Part shown: piece by piece, positions 15,389 to 25,344 of the stretch
Layout of the letters: the number at the start of each line of letters is the position of its first letter
Numbering within the stretch: position 1 is the stretch's first letter
Source: Candidatus Terrybacteria bacterium RIFCSPHIGHO2_01_FULL_48_17
GTDB lineage: Bacteria > Patescibacteriota > Minisyncoccia > Terrybacterales > 2-01-FULL-58-14
Direction: 5' to 3'
NCBI GenBank assembly: GCA_001822835.1
Contig: MHSS01000004.1
Span: 7,186 to 71,185 of the forward strand
Length of the DNA: 64,000 nt
The notes under the pieces: model-generated
Seen by the model: only the letters and a program-made list of their open reading frames with translations
Databases searched by the model: none
Told to the model about the DNA's origin: nothing
Made by a program: the position numbers and the translations under genes

Positions 15389-17608
15389 ATGAGTAATCGG
15401 CTGTATTCATATACGCTCCCGCATGGCGTGGAGCTTCAGATAAGCTTTCCCGGTTACGCCGAACAGGCAAACGCAGAAACGCTTGTCCGGCTTGGCGATA
15501 CCGTTATACTCGTCACCACAGTCATGAAAGATGCCCGCAGTGACGGCGTGGGGTTTTTTCCTTTAACCGTAGAGTTTGAAGAAAAGTTTTATGCAGCAGG
15601 GGAGTTGCGCACGTCCCGGTTCGTAAAAAGAGAAGCCAAGCCATCAGATGAGGCGATTCTTGCTGCCCGCCTTATTGACCGCACCATCCGTCCCCGTTTC
15701 CCAAAGGGCATGCGCAACGAAGTGCAGGTGGTAGCAACGACGCTTTCGTATGACGGCGAGAACGATCCGGATATCCTCGGTATTTTGGGGGCCTCAATTG
15801 CCTTGTCGTGTTCCGATATTCCTTGGCACGGCCCGATTGCGGGCGTGCGAGTAGCAAAGCCCAATGGCACGATTTTGGTAAATCCTACCGTAGCCCAACG
15901 CGCGCAAGCAAAATCAGAAATTGTTATTGCCGGAACGAAAAATCGTATCAATATGATGGAAGCAGGCCTCAACGAACTTTCGCATCAAGAAGCACTTACC
16001 CTTATTGCCGATGGCCACAAAGAGGTACAAAAACTCTGCACATTTATTGAAAACATCGTTAAAGAGCAGGGAAAACCGAAAGTTGCCGCCGATCTCTTTG
16101 AACCACCGCGGGAACTGGTAAAAAACATTAGGGAACGCTTTGGCAAAGAGCTAAAAACAGCGCTTTTTGAAGTACCCGGCAAAGTCGAATCGCAAAGCAA
16201 TTTACGCGAACTTGAAGAACGGGCCATCGAGGAAATAGGGGACGAGCAGACAAGCGCACAACATATCCGCGAAGCATTCGAGAACGAAATCAATCGGGTC
16301 GTACACGAAGAAGCGCTTGAAAATGGACGCCGAGCAGACGGCAGGAAAAAGGATGAGGTGCGCATACTTCGTGCGCAAGCCGGAGTATTGCCGCGCACAC
16401 ACGGATCTTCTGTTTTTGTGCGTGGAACCACGCGCGCACTCGCAACCGTAACGCTTGCTGGGCCGGGTGAGCAGCAGCTTGTAGAAACCATGGAAGGGGA
16501 GTGGAAGAAAAATTTCATGCTTCATTATAATTTCCCGCCGTTTTCAGTAGGGGACATTAAGCCATTTCGCGGCCCGGGACGGCGCGAAATAGGCCATGGC
16601 GCTTTGGCGGAACGCGCTATTTCCCCCCTTATTCCTGACCGCGAGACGTTCCCTTATACTATTCGCGTGGTTTCGGAAATTCTTTCGTCAAACGGATCAT
16701 CATCAATGGCATCGGTCTGCGCCGGAACGCTTTCCCTTATGGACGCCGGCGTGCCTTTGAAAAAACCGGTTGCCGGCATCGCCATGGGGCTGATGATGGA
16801 ACAGGGAACAGGGGACGGGGGACAGGGGACAGGAAAATATCTGGTGTTAACGGATATTCAAGGGCCAGAGGATCATCATGGCGACATGGATTTGAAAGTG
16901 GCCGGCACTAAAGACGGTTTCACGGCTCTACAAATGGACGTAAAAATAGAAGGCGTAACATTGAGCGTAATTGAAGAAACGTTTGCGCAGGCACGAAACG
17001 CAATCGACCACATTTTAAAAACGATTACCGATGTTTTGCCGGCACCCCGGCCGTCGGTTGGACCATATGCGCCGAAGGTCCTTGTGCTTAAAATTAACCC
17101 GGATCGCATCCGAGATGTCATCGGTCCTGGCGGCCGCGTGATCAATACCATCATTGAAGAAACGGGTGCTACGATTGACGTTGAACAAGATGGCACTGTG
17201 TATGTTACGTCAATCGATGAGGCGGCCGCGCAAAAAGCGCTTGCATGGGTCAGAAACCTCACCCGCGAAATTATGCCGGGGGAAGAATTTGAAGGAAAAG
17301 TATCACGCATATTTCCGTTTGGCGTGATGCTGGAAATCATGCCGGACAAAGAAGGCCTTATACACGTTTCTGCCCTTGAGCGGTTTAGCATTAGGCACCC
17401 CGGGGATGCCTTTAAGCCCGGACAGGTCGTTCCTGTAGTAGTAAAGGAGATTGACGATCAAGGAAGAGTAAACCTGGCATTAAAGGAAGGATACCAGCCA
17501 GAGGTACAAAGCAGCGGATTTTCCCGTCCGCCGCTCCCTCCTCGTCCGCACCACGGAGGCCCGCGAAGAGGTTTTGGTGGGAATCGTCAGTCCCGAGATC
17601 GTTATTGA
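15389..17608 (+). CDS. pnp: polynucleotide phosphorylase
   Basis: RLIDRTIRP, RREIGHGALAERA, SNGSSSMAS, GDMDLKVAGT, KH and S1 domains; heptamer-derived insertion at 16801-16835. Confidence 0.98.
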   Translation: MSNRLYSYTLPHGVELQISFPGYAEQANAETLVRLGDTVILVTTVMKDARSDGVGFFPLTVEFEEKFYAAGELRTSRFVKREAKPSDEAILAARLIDRTIRPRFPKGMRNEVQVVATTLSYDGENDPDILGILGASIALSCSDIPWHGPIAGVRVAKPNGTILVNPTVAQRAQAKSEIVIAGTKNRINMMEAGLNELSHQEALTLIADGHKEVQKLCTFIENIVKEQGKPKVAADLFEPPRELVKNIRERFGKELKTALFEVPGKVESQSNLRELEERAIEEIGDEQTSAQHIREAFENEINRVVHEEALENGRRADGRKKDEVRILRAQAGVLPRTHGSSVFVRGTTRALATVTLAGPGEQQLVETMEGEWKKNFMLHYNFPPFSVGDIKPFRGPGRREIGHGALAERAISPLIPDRETFPYTIRVVSEILSSNGSSSMASVCAGTLSLMDAGVPLKKPVAGIAMGLMMEQGTGDGGQGTGKYLVLTDIQGPEDHHGDMDLKVAGTKDGFTALQMDVKIEGVTLSVIEETFAQARNAIDHILKTITDVLPAPRPSVGPYAPKVLVLKINPDRIRDVIGPGGRVINTIIEETGATIDVEQDGTVYVTSIDEAAAQKALAWVRNLTREIMPGEEFEGKVSRIFPFGVMLEIMPDKEGLIHVSALERFSIRHPGDAFKPGQVVPVVVKEIDDQGRVNLALKEGYQPEVQSSGFSRPPLPPRPHHGGPRRGFGGNRQSRDRY

Positions 17609-17671
17609 CAGAGGAACTACGGACTGTTATTCTAACCAAAGATTTACAATAAACAAAAGGGGGAGAGCGCA

Positions 17672-18136
17672 ATGGCGCTGATAGTGATACTTGGCGGCGG
17701 GGTCTTTCTTTTCTTTCTTCTGTGGGCAATTGTAGCAAGGGAGACCGAGTGGCTTCTGGCGGCGCTAATGTTTGGCATTATTGCTGCATTGTTCGGGGTG
17801 GCATTCGCTACAGTTGCAAACCAAATACAGCCGCCGCCATACGAACCCTGTGGCGAAGTACAAATTGAGCTAAAGGACAACAAAGCCGCATATGTGGTGC
17901 GTGGTCGTTACGACAACGTATTTGTACGCTTTTGGACAAAATACGGATATTTTGTCGAACCCCACGAAGTGGTCGCAAGCCACGTCGAGATCCACGAAGA
18001 GAACAGAAACGATGCTGTGGCGGAACGGTATTGCCGTGACCGCATCCGATGGTTTGCGCTAGATTGGTCAGACGACAAATACAAATTGCTCGTACCCGAG
18101 GGCTCGGTGGTTACTTCACCGGACCTTTTACGGTAA
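17672..18136 (+). CDS. hypothetical membrane protein (standalone cassette)
   Basis: Two N-terminal TMs, TTGACA-17-TATTCT, SD GGGGAG, terminator at 18141-18160. Confidence 0.75.
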   Translation: MALIVILGGGVFLFFLLWAIVARETEWLLAALMFGIIAALFGVAFATVANQIQPPPYEPCGEVQIELKDNKAAYVVRGRYDNVFVRFWTKYGYFVEPHEVVASHVEIHEENRNDAVAERYCRDRIRWFALDWSDDKYKLLVPEGSVVTSPDLLR

Positions 18137-18196
18137 ACAATGGGGCTGCATGGCAGCCCTATTTTTCTTGCCCCAAAAAAGTGGTATAATAATTCT

Positions 18197-19498
18197 ATGG
18201 CCCAAAATAATCGAAACGACGAAGATATATTGACTGCAGGCCAAGCAAGGCCTGATGAAAAGCGTATTCGCACAATGCAGGAGGACCTGGAGCGTGCCAA
18301 GGAACACGTACTCCCTGATCTGCCCTTAGCCACGCCACCCTTACCCAAACAACCTTCAAGACCTGAAACGCCTGTGATTTCGGAAGAATCCCCAGCACCC
18401 ATAGAGTTGCCCATTGTAGGCGAAGAAACGAAACCGGAGGCCGTGCCTCCCGCACCTCCTGAACCTCCACAAACGCCCCCACTCCCGCAAGCAACCGAAT
18501 CGCTTCCAGAAGAAATTTCAGCAGAAGATATTCTCTCGGCGGTCACCGAACCACCGCAACAAAAAGAAACACCAACAACGGGATTTTCTCCTGAAGAACG
18601 CCTTAGTTACTCGCAGGAAGAAAGCGATAAGAAAACCGTAGCGCCTTCGGTACCAGAACTTCCCGTGTTAACTCCCGAAGAAATGCTCTCATTTGGCGAG
18701 GAGGCATTGCCCCAAGCAAAAACAGGAGGCAGATTTTCTGGTATCGCACAAAAACTCCCCATGAAAATGGTCGCAATCGGCCTTGGTGTTTTATTGGTTA
18801 TGGGGGGCCTCGGTATTGTTGGTTACAGCTTCTTTTTTGCAGGCGGGGAAGAGCCGCCACAGCCAGAGCCAACCGCCCCCACACAACCCCCTATTACCGG
18901 ACCTATCGGCTCTCCAGAAGAACCTCCGGTTCCTGAAGCCGTTCTTACCGTTCAAGACACCACCCCGCTTATCGCAAACGACCAGCGCGCCCTAAGCTCA
19001 ACTGCGCGCCGCGTCTATGGCCTCCAGGTTCCCGACCGCGCCGTACACCGCGCATTGGTAAAGCTTGATACGTCCACCGAAAAGCGATATTTGAGTGTTT
19101 CCGAAATCATGGAACAGCTTGGGGCACCTCTTGCCCCAAATCTTGCACGGTATCTTGTAGAATCTGAATCAACGTTTTTCGTATACAGTGAAAACGGGAC
19201 CGTACGCATCGGCTTTGCGGTCCGCACATCCGATGCCGCGGCCCTTCGTGCCGAACTATCCTCTTGGGAAGCCAATGCCGAACAAGAACTTGCAAGCGCA
19301 TTAGAGGCGCTCGGGAAAACGCAAAGCGCCGCAACGCCCCGCTTTCAGGACAACACCCACAACGGCACCCCTATTCGTTTCCTTAACTTTCCTGATCCCA
19401 ACCTTACGATTGATTATGCGGTAGTAGAAAGCAAAAATCTTTTCATTCTGACGACATCTCGCGGCAGCATGTTTGCAGCAATTGATGCGCTACCATAA
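18197..19498 (+). CDS. bitopic membrane protein with Pro/Glu-rich N-terminus
   Basis: RTMQEDL motif, disordered region, single TM, C-terminal globular domain; extended -10 lies 6 nt before ATG. Confidence 0.8.
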   Translation: MAQNNRNDEDILTAGQARPDEKRIRTMQEDLERAKEHVLPDLPLATPPLPKQPSRPETPVISEESPAPIELPIVGEETKPEAVPPAPPEPPQTPPLPQATESLPEEISAEDILSAVTEPPQQKETPTTGFSPEERLSYSQEESDKKTVAPSVPELPVLTPEEMLSFGEEALPQAKTGGRFSGIAQKLPMKMVAIGLGVLLVMGGLGIVGYSFFFAGGEEPPQPEPTAPTQPPITGPIGSPEEPPVPEAVLTVQDTTPLIANDQRALSSTARRVYGLQVPDRAVHRALVKLDTSTEKRYLSVSEIMEQLGAPLAPNLARYLVESESTFFVYSENGTVRIGFAVRTSDAAALRAELSSWEANAEQELASALEALGKTQSAATPRFQDNTHNGTPIRFLNFPDPNLTIDYAVVESKNLFILTTSRGSMFAAIDALP

Positions 19499-19647
19499 AT
19501 GAAGGATGGGGGATAGAATGCAAACAATGAGTATGAGATCGAACAAAAACGGCATATGCTATTTTTGTTTATAGGTTGTGAATAGCATGGTAAATTCTGT
19601 GGATAAGTTGTTATTGACCTCTACGGCGCCTCGCGGGATAATAAAAT

Positions 19648-19850
19648 TAGTCCTTTCAACCAACACCCTTTTTCATGCGCTGGCTAACCCCGCGCTCTGG
19701 GTGTAATCCTTTAGCTGGCACCTTTTAACCAAAAAATCCCAATTTCGGGACCCATACGACGCGGGGCGTCATGATAACCCGACCCACAAGCAGGCCGATT
19801 CGGCCCATTCTATAACAATATAGGGGCGTCTGATCGGCCTCTTTTCTTTT
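19648..19850 (+). ncRNA. candidate structured ncRNA
   Basis: TTGACC-17-GATAAT promoter, nested pairings TCATG/CATGA, CCCCGCG/CGCGGGG and TGGGT/ACCCA, final AGGCCGAT/ATCGGCCT stem + U tract; no SD-led ORF. Confidence 0.5.
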
Positions 19851-20042
19851 TCTCACAACGAGTATCCGAGCTGATGAGAAAAAAGAACCCTGAACCGCGT
19901 TGAAGGGTTACCTTTTACACTTAGCGACGCCTGGTGTCACTGCATTTGTGCAAACAAGCTTGCGGTTTTTCACAAAATCCGCTATCGTTAACGCACGCAC
20001 TTTTGATTTATAAAGGGCTGATCAACGCTGGAGGTAAATGTA

Positions 20043-20402
20043 ATGAAAATATTCTTGATATGTCCGGTACGAGGAATTACGGAAGAAGAAAAAAACGTCA
20101 TCGAACAGTATGTTTTGAATTTGGAAGAGGCCGGCCATACAGTACACTGGCCTCCGCGCGATACCGACCAAAATGATTCTGTGGGATTGCGGATCTGTCA
20201 AGACAACCGCAAGGCGCTTGAAGAAGCGGAGGAAATTCATATTTGGTACAACGAAACATCGCAGGGCTCGCTTTTTGATCTTGGTATGGCGTTCGCCCTA
20301 AGAAAAAAGGTTGTCCTGATTAATCGGAAACGGGCCCGACGAACCCCTCACAAAAGCTTTATCAATGTACTCCTCGCCATCAATAGGACAAAACGCTATT
20401 AA
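20043..20402 (+). CDS. nucleoside 2-deoxyribosyltransferase-like protein
   Basis: MKIFLICPV start, SQGSLFDLGMAFALRKKV motif; SD GGAGGT; terminator at 20406-20422. Confidence 0.75.
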   Translation: MKIFLICPVRGITEEEKNVIEQYVLNLEEAGHTVHWPPRDTDQNDSVGLRICQDNRKALEEAEEIHIWYNETSQGSLFDLGMAFALRKKVVLINRKRARRTPHKSFINVLLAINRTKRY

Positions 20403-20501
20403 ACCGCCGCCCCTCGGGCGGCTTTGCTCTTATTGTGACTGCGAATCAAGAAATTGTTCTCATTGTTGCAAAATAAAGAAACATGTGCTTGAAAGTGTAG
20501 G

Positions 20502-22016
20502 ATGTCGGCAAAACTCTTTTCGTTTGCACCGCGCGGACTTGAAGCGCAACTGGTAACCGTTGAGGTGGATGCGGCCAAGGGGCTTCATCAATTTAAGATC
20601 GTGGGGCTTGCAGACAAAGCGGTTGAAGAGGCAAAAGAGCGGGTGACTGTCGCGCTCCGGCATGCCCACGCCAAACCGCCGCAAACATATAACCAGCGCG
20701 TGGTGGTAAACTTAGCCCCGGCAGACCTTAAAAAACAAGGAACGCATTTTGACCTTCCTATTGCGCTTGCGTTCTTACTCGCATCAGACCAACTTCAACC
20801 AAAAACGAAAAAACCGATTCTTGCTGCAGCAGAGCTTTCGCTCGACGGCGGTCTCCGAGCAGTGCCAGGCATTCTCCCTGCGGCGCTTCTTGCTAAAAAA
20901 CAAGGGGCGCTTTTACTCATCTCGGAAGCCAACCAAAAAGAAGCCGCGCTCGTTGAAGGTATAGAATTTTTGGCCACGCCCAATCTTACCAACATGCTCA
21001 AAGCGCTTGAGGGCGACGTGCCACCAGAGCAAGGATCGGGCATACCGGAAGATCTTCAAAAAACAGAAAGCGATTTTGATTTTTCCTTTATCGCAGGGCA
21101 AGCGCATGCCAAACGCGCTTTGGAAATTGCTGCAGCCGGCGCGCACAATCTGCTTTTATTCGGGCCTCCCGGATCCGGAAAAACGCTTTTGGTGCGAGCC
21201 CTTCCATCTATTTTGCCGCCACTCACCGCAGAGGAAACGCTCGAGATAACGTCGCTGTGGTCTCTTGCGGGACTGTTAAATCATGACCAGCCGCTCATGC
21301 GCGAGCGGCCATTCCGCAGCCCGCACCACTCCGCATCCCGCGCAGCGCTTATCGGCGGGGGATCGGGCACTGCCGGCCCGGGAGAGATTTCGCTTGCCCA
21401 TCGCGGGGTTTTGTTTTTGGACGAGTTCCCGGAGTTCCAGCGGCACGTGCTTGAAGCGCTGCGCCAGCCAATGGAGGACGGCATTGTGTCGGTTGCGCGG
21501 GCAGAAGGAACGTTTACGTATCCGGCGCGCTTCATGCTTATTGCATCTATGAACCCATGCCCCTGCGGGCATTTAGATGATCCCGAAATTGCCTGCAAGT
21601 GCTCGGCAGGGGAGATAGCGCGCTATCAAAAAAGGGTCTCCGGCCCCATGATGGATCGCATTGACCTTTTTGTGTCCATGCCCCGCATTCCCTACGAGGA
21701 GTTTCGCGGAGGAGAGGGGGCGGAACCGTCAGAAAAAGTACGCGAGCGCGTCGTTTGGGCGCGGGCGCGGCAAGAAAAAAGGCAACGCAAAACCAACGCA
21801 GAACTTTCCGCAAAAGATCTCAAAAAGTTTTCCGCGCTTCCGCCGGATGCCGAACAAATGCTTAAAAACGCTCACGACCGCATGCATTTGTCGCCGCGGG
21901 CAATACATCGAATCCTTAAAGTTTCTCGCACAATTGCCGATCTTGCGGGCGATGAAACCATTACCGCAGCTCACATCGCGGAGGCATTACAGTACCGGCA
22001 ACAAGAAAACGAATAA
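20502..22016 (+). CDS. comM: YifB/ComM Mg-chelatase-like AAA+ ATPase
   Basis: VVNLAPADLKK, GPPGSGKT, FRSPHHSAS, LAHRGVLFLDEFPEF, MNPCPCG. Confidence 0.95.
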   Translation: MSAKLFSFAPRGLEAQLVTVEVDAAKGLHQFKIVGLADKAVEEAKERVTVALRHAHAKPPQTYNQRVVVNLAPADLKKQGTHFDLPIALAFLLASDQLQPKTKKPILAAAELSLDGGLRAVPGILPAALLAKKQGALLLISEANQKEAALVEGIEFLATPNLTNMLKALEGDVPPEQGSGIPEDLQKTESDFDFSFIAGQAHAKRALEIAAAGAHNLLLFGPPGSGKTLLVRALPSILPPLTAEETLEITSLWSLAGLLNHDQPLMRERPFRSPHHSASRAALIGGGSGTAGPGEISLAHRGVLFLDEFPEFQRHVLEALRQPMEDGIVSVARAEGTFTYPARFMLIASMNPCPCGHLDDPEIACKCSAGEIARYQKRVSGPMMDRIDLFVSMPRIPYEEFRGGEGAEPSEKVRERVVWARARQEKRQRKTNAELSAKDLKKFSALPPDAEQMLKNAHDRMHLSPRAIHRILKVSRTIADLAGDETITAAHIAEALQYRQQENE

Positions 22017-22053
22017 GGGGGATGGGACGCGGAGAAAAACGGGGGTTAGCAAA

Positions 22054-22078
22054 ACTATCGGGGTCGGACCCCGATAGT
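22054..22078. repeat. perfect palindrome, REP-like
   Basis: ACTATCGGGGTC-G-GACCCCGATAGT. Confidence 0.85.
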
Positions 22079-22138
22079 AATATAAAAAGCCAGCGGTGAA
22101 ACTGGCGTTAGTTATTGCGAGAGCGTGAGACCTATTGC

Positions 22139-22351
22139 TTATTCTCTGAAAGAATGAACGCTAAGCCGGTCTTGGTCGCGGCGACGCATGCTTTCAATAA
22201 TCTCTTTGCCGCGTATTCCTTCCTGAAGCTGCAGGAACTCGCCATGCGTAATCCAATGACATTTATTGCCAACGCATCGCAAGTAAAGCATCGGCGGCAT
22301 AACGCTTCCCGTAATTTCTTGCATCCGCGCCTGACACAACGGGCATTGCAT
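22139..22351 (-). CDS. small Zn-ribbon hypothetical protein (70 aa)
   Basis: MQCPLC...CVGNKC; SD CAGGAG; own promoter and terminator. Confidence 0.7.
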   Translation of the reverse strand: MQCPLCQARMQEITGSVMPPMLYLRCVGNKCHWITHGEFLQLQEGIRGKEIIESMRRRDQDRLSVHSFRE

Positions 22352-22499
22352 TTCAATTCTCCTGTCGCGGACTCTTTGACGCTCTAGCGCCGTTTTCAAT
22401 CTTCTAATCCTAGAATAGCACATACCAATAAAAAAGCAATGGTTCGACAAAAAAAGAAACACCGCCCAGAAGAAATCGTGGGGCGGTGTAAAAATGCGA

Positions 22500-22898
22500 T
22501 CATGTTTTGTGAATCGTGTGGTAACCTTCGTGCAACAAAACGAGCCATTTGATATGATCCGGCAATTCCTGCCAAACCAGGGTATTGATACAAATTATGA
22601 ATAGATAAGGAACACCCCAAAAGTACGGGAAATACGTATGCACATGAATGGGCCCCGCGCGAGTTCCATCGATGCCCGCCCCTCCAACCAGAAAGGGAAG
22701 ATAGAGCGCTCTGCCAAGACGGGTTTGGAGTTCGCACGAAAGCGCAGCAAGATCAAAACCCGCCATATGAAAGATTCTCGCAGCATACCAATCCGCTTCC
22801 CATTCAGCAGGATTTTCGGAATGGGGAACGTCTGCAAAATACCGGGGCGAGCAGTCGCCGAGAAATTGAATAGCCAAAGGAAGTTTAGGTAGTATCAA
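22500..22898 (-). CDS. small zincin-like (HExxH) protein with unusual motif order
   Basis: EWEADWYAA near the N-terminus, LLHEGYH at the C-terminus; TTG start; own promoter and terminator. Confidence 0.6.
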   Translation of the reverse strand: MILPKLPLAIQFLGDCSPRYFADVPHSENPAEWEADWYAARIFHMAGFDLAALSCELQTRLGRALYLPFLVGGAGIDGTRAGPIHVHTYFPYFWGVPYLFIICINTLVWQELPDHIKWLVLLHEGYHTIHKT

Positions 22899-23042
22899 CT
22901 CTATTGCCTCATTTCTTAAAGATCAATTACGATAAAAGTAATATACCACATTTGTACCAAAAAGCAATGCCTTAAATTCTTACCACAAATCCCCGTATAG
23001 ACGGGGCTTCTGTACCCTATACCCTAAACTCTGTTACCCGAA

Positions 23043-24260
23043 CTAAAATGGATTTCTGTCTCCGTGTACCTCAAAATGTACGTGGCATCCGGTTGAGCGT
23101 CCGGCTTGCGCCCCTTGTAGCGAGCGCGAACCGCCCATTTGAGCAATAACATTTCCTTTGCCGACCTGTTGGCCTTTGGTCACATAAATCTGCAGCAAAT
23201 GCGCGTACAAGGTCTCTGTGCCGTTGGGGTGGGAAATAACAATCACGTTTCCAAACCCGCCGTTCCATCCATATTCAGCCCTCGTTACGACGCCGTCCGC
23301 TGAAGCGAAAATCGGGGTGCCGCAATTATTCGCCATATCAACCCCAAAGTGATATGAGGTAATGCCGCGGCTGCGCCGATACCCTGGGGACGTCGGGAGT
23401 CCGTAATACCCATTTGATGGGGGAGCGGAAGCAGATAATGCTCCACCAACCACGCGTGGTCGCGCCGCAGCTGGGGGAGCTGGCGGCGGCGGAACCTCAC
23501 CACCCACAAAGAAAATCTCGTCACCCATAGCTAATGTACCATCCGCCGGCAGGCCATTGAATTGAATCACCTTTTCGGAATCCGCATTAAATTTTTTGGC
23601 AAGCGCAGCAAGCGTCTCGCCCTGCTTCACCTGATACAGCACCCCGTCAGCCGGAGGAATGCGCAGCACATCTCCTGGCCGCAAAAAATCAAAATTTTTC
23701 AAATGGGAATTGGCCCACACCACCGAAGACATGCTGACACCATATTGTGAGGCAACTTCAGAAAGCGTGTCTCCTGTTTTCACTACATATTCGCTCGCAG
23801 CCCGGGAGCTTCGACGCCCTGCATCGACGGGTGAGGGAGAAGGGTAGGCATCTAACACGCCGTCAAGAGGCAAAACGACATTTGTCCAATCTTCATCTTG
23901 CGGCTGTACTGGTCCGCCAACTGCCAATACCACCGAAACCGCAGCAGGGGAAATCGTCGGACGTTCCGCAACCACAAAAACTTCGGCATCCTCGTTTTGT
24001 GAAGCAAAAAACGCGTCGAAAGATACAACATCCCCCGCCGCCTGAAACGCCACTCCCAACACCAAAAAGACCACAACCCCAAGGGTGGGGTTTCGCCCAA
24101 ACACGTAACTAAGTTGCCTCAGCCGCCGCCACCGTTTTCTGTCCGGAAGCTCTTCTATTGAGGAGCCCTTTTCCGGGTAAAATCCCATAGCAAAACGCCG
24201 CTTATCACGGCGCACACCAAATCTAGCAAATTTATCCGCCGTGTCAAGCTGGATGTCCAC
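23043..24260 (-). CDS. LysM-LysM-M23 peptidase
   Basis: YVVKTGDTL and YQVKQGETL LysM units; HFGVD, YAHL, HVHFEV. Confidence 0.93.
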   Translation of the reverse strand: MDIQLDTADKFARFGVRRDKRRFAMGFYPEKGSSIEELPDRKRWRRLRQLSYVFGRNPTLGVVVFLVLGVAFQAAGDVVSFDAFFASQNEDAEVFVVAERPTISPAAVSVVLAVGGPVQPQDEDWTNVVLPLDGVLDAYPSPSPVDAGRRSSRAASEYVVKTGDTLSEVASQYGVSMSSVVWANSHLKNFDFLRPGDVLRIPPADGVLYQVKQGETLAALAKKFNADSEKVIQFNGLPADGTLAMGDEIFFVGGEVPPPPAPPAAARPRVVGGALSASAPPSNGYYGLPTSPGYRRSRGITSYHFGVDMANNCGTPIFASADGVVTRAEYGWNGGFGNVIVISHPNGTETLYAHLLQIYVTKGQQVGKGNVIAQMGGSRSLQGAQAGRSTGCHVHFEVHGDRNPF

Positions 24261-24343
24261 ACAATAAAAACCCTTATTTTACCTCAAAAACATTGTCCGT
24301 ACCTCGCAAAAAGCCGGTTCCGTGCTAGGGTAACGGGGACGGT

Positions 24344-25252
24344 ATGAAAGAATATATATTTCGAGTCATTCTGCTTGGGACGCTAGTGTGTGCAACTCTG
24401 GTGGTTTCTGGCGTTGCTTCAAGCAAAGAGCCGGGGATCCGCCAGCCTATCGTCACGCTACAGGTTGCGGGCATCTCCTACGTCGTGGACGCGAAGACCT
24501 CAATGCAGGAACTCGGTCTTTCCGACGCTGAGCCGCAATCAGAGATAAAACCAACCAATGGTTTGGTTATCGTATCGCTCCCCAAACGGAATGTAAGCAT
24601 TGTTCACGACGGCACGAAGGAAAGCGTTGCGCTATCAGGAGAGCTTGTTGGCCAGGCGCCCAATGAAGCGGGTCTTGCGCTTGGGCCCCTTGACCGAACC
24701 GTACCTAGCGCCGATACCCCGCTCACTGCAGACATGACTATTGAAATTGTGCGCGTTTCACAGGAGGAACGGACCGAACAAACACCAATCCCGTTTCAAG
24801 TTACGGCTCACAATAATCCCGACATGCTCTGGGGAACAAAAAAAATTGTCCAAAAGGGAGCCAAAGGCGTGCGAGAAGAACGGGTGCTTGTTTTGGCGGA
24901 AAACGGAGAGACCGTCGAACGCACCGTGCTTTCTTCGCAAACCATAACCCCACCCAAAGAACAAATCGAAGAAGTGGGAACAAAAATTATAGTAGGAAAA
25001 ACCGTTGAAGGTATCGGCTCGTGGTATTCTTTCCGAAAAGGAATGTTTGCCGCCTCAACGATTTTTCCGCGCGGGACATTTCTACGCGTCACCAACTTGG
25101 AAAATGGTAAACGGGTTCTTGTCCAGGTCAACGATTATGGCCCCACTACCCCTGGCCGCGTCATCGATCTTGAGGCCGCCGCCTTCATGGCCTTGGGAAA
25201 ACCTTTGTGGCAGGGGTTGATGCGAGTAAGAGTAGAAGAAATCTTACAATGA
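24344..25252 (+). CDS. DUF348/G5 domain protein with C-terminal RlpA-like DPBB domain
   Basis: Signal peptide, G5 (IVQKGAKGV), GSWY...AAS..FPRGT.LRVTN...VNDYGP...IDL; yabE-like position before rsmA. Confidence 0.85.
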   Translation: MKEYIFRVILLGTLVCATLVVSGVASSKEPGIRQPIVTLQVAGISYVVDAKTSMQELGLSDAEPQSEIKPTNGLVIVSLPKRNVSIVHDGTKESVALSGELVGQAPNEAGLALGPLDRTVPSADTPLTADMTIEIVRVSQEERTEQTPIPFQVTAHNNPDMLWGTKKIVQKGAKGVREERVLVLAENGETVERTVLSSQTITPPKEQIEEVGTKIIVGKTVEGIGSWYSFRKGMFAASTIFPRGTFLRVTNLENGKRVLVQVNDYGPTTPGRVIDLEAAAFMALGKPLWQGLMRVRVEEILQ

Positions 25253-25344
25253 ATTTCTGCAAGTTTCTATAAATTTCGCGAAGCAAATTTCTTCACATAA
25301 GAAACACATCGAAGCACGTAGAAATTCATAGAAATTTGTTGTGT

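Noticed and set aside
19878-19890. Hammerhead ribozyme (CTGATGA...GAAA)
   Set aside because: No stem II between the core motifs; the segment is better explained as one arm of a simple hairpin.
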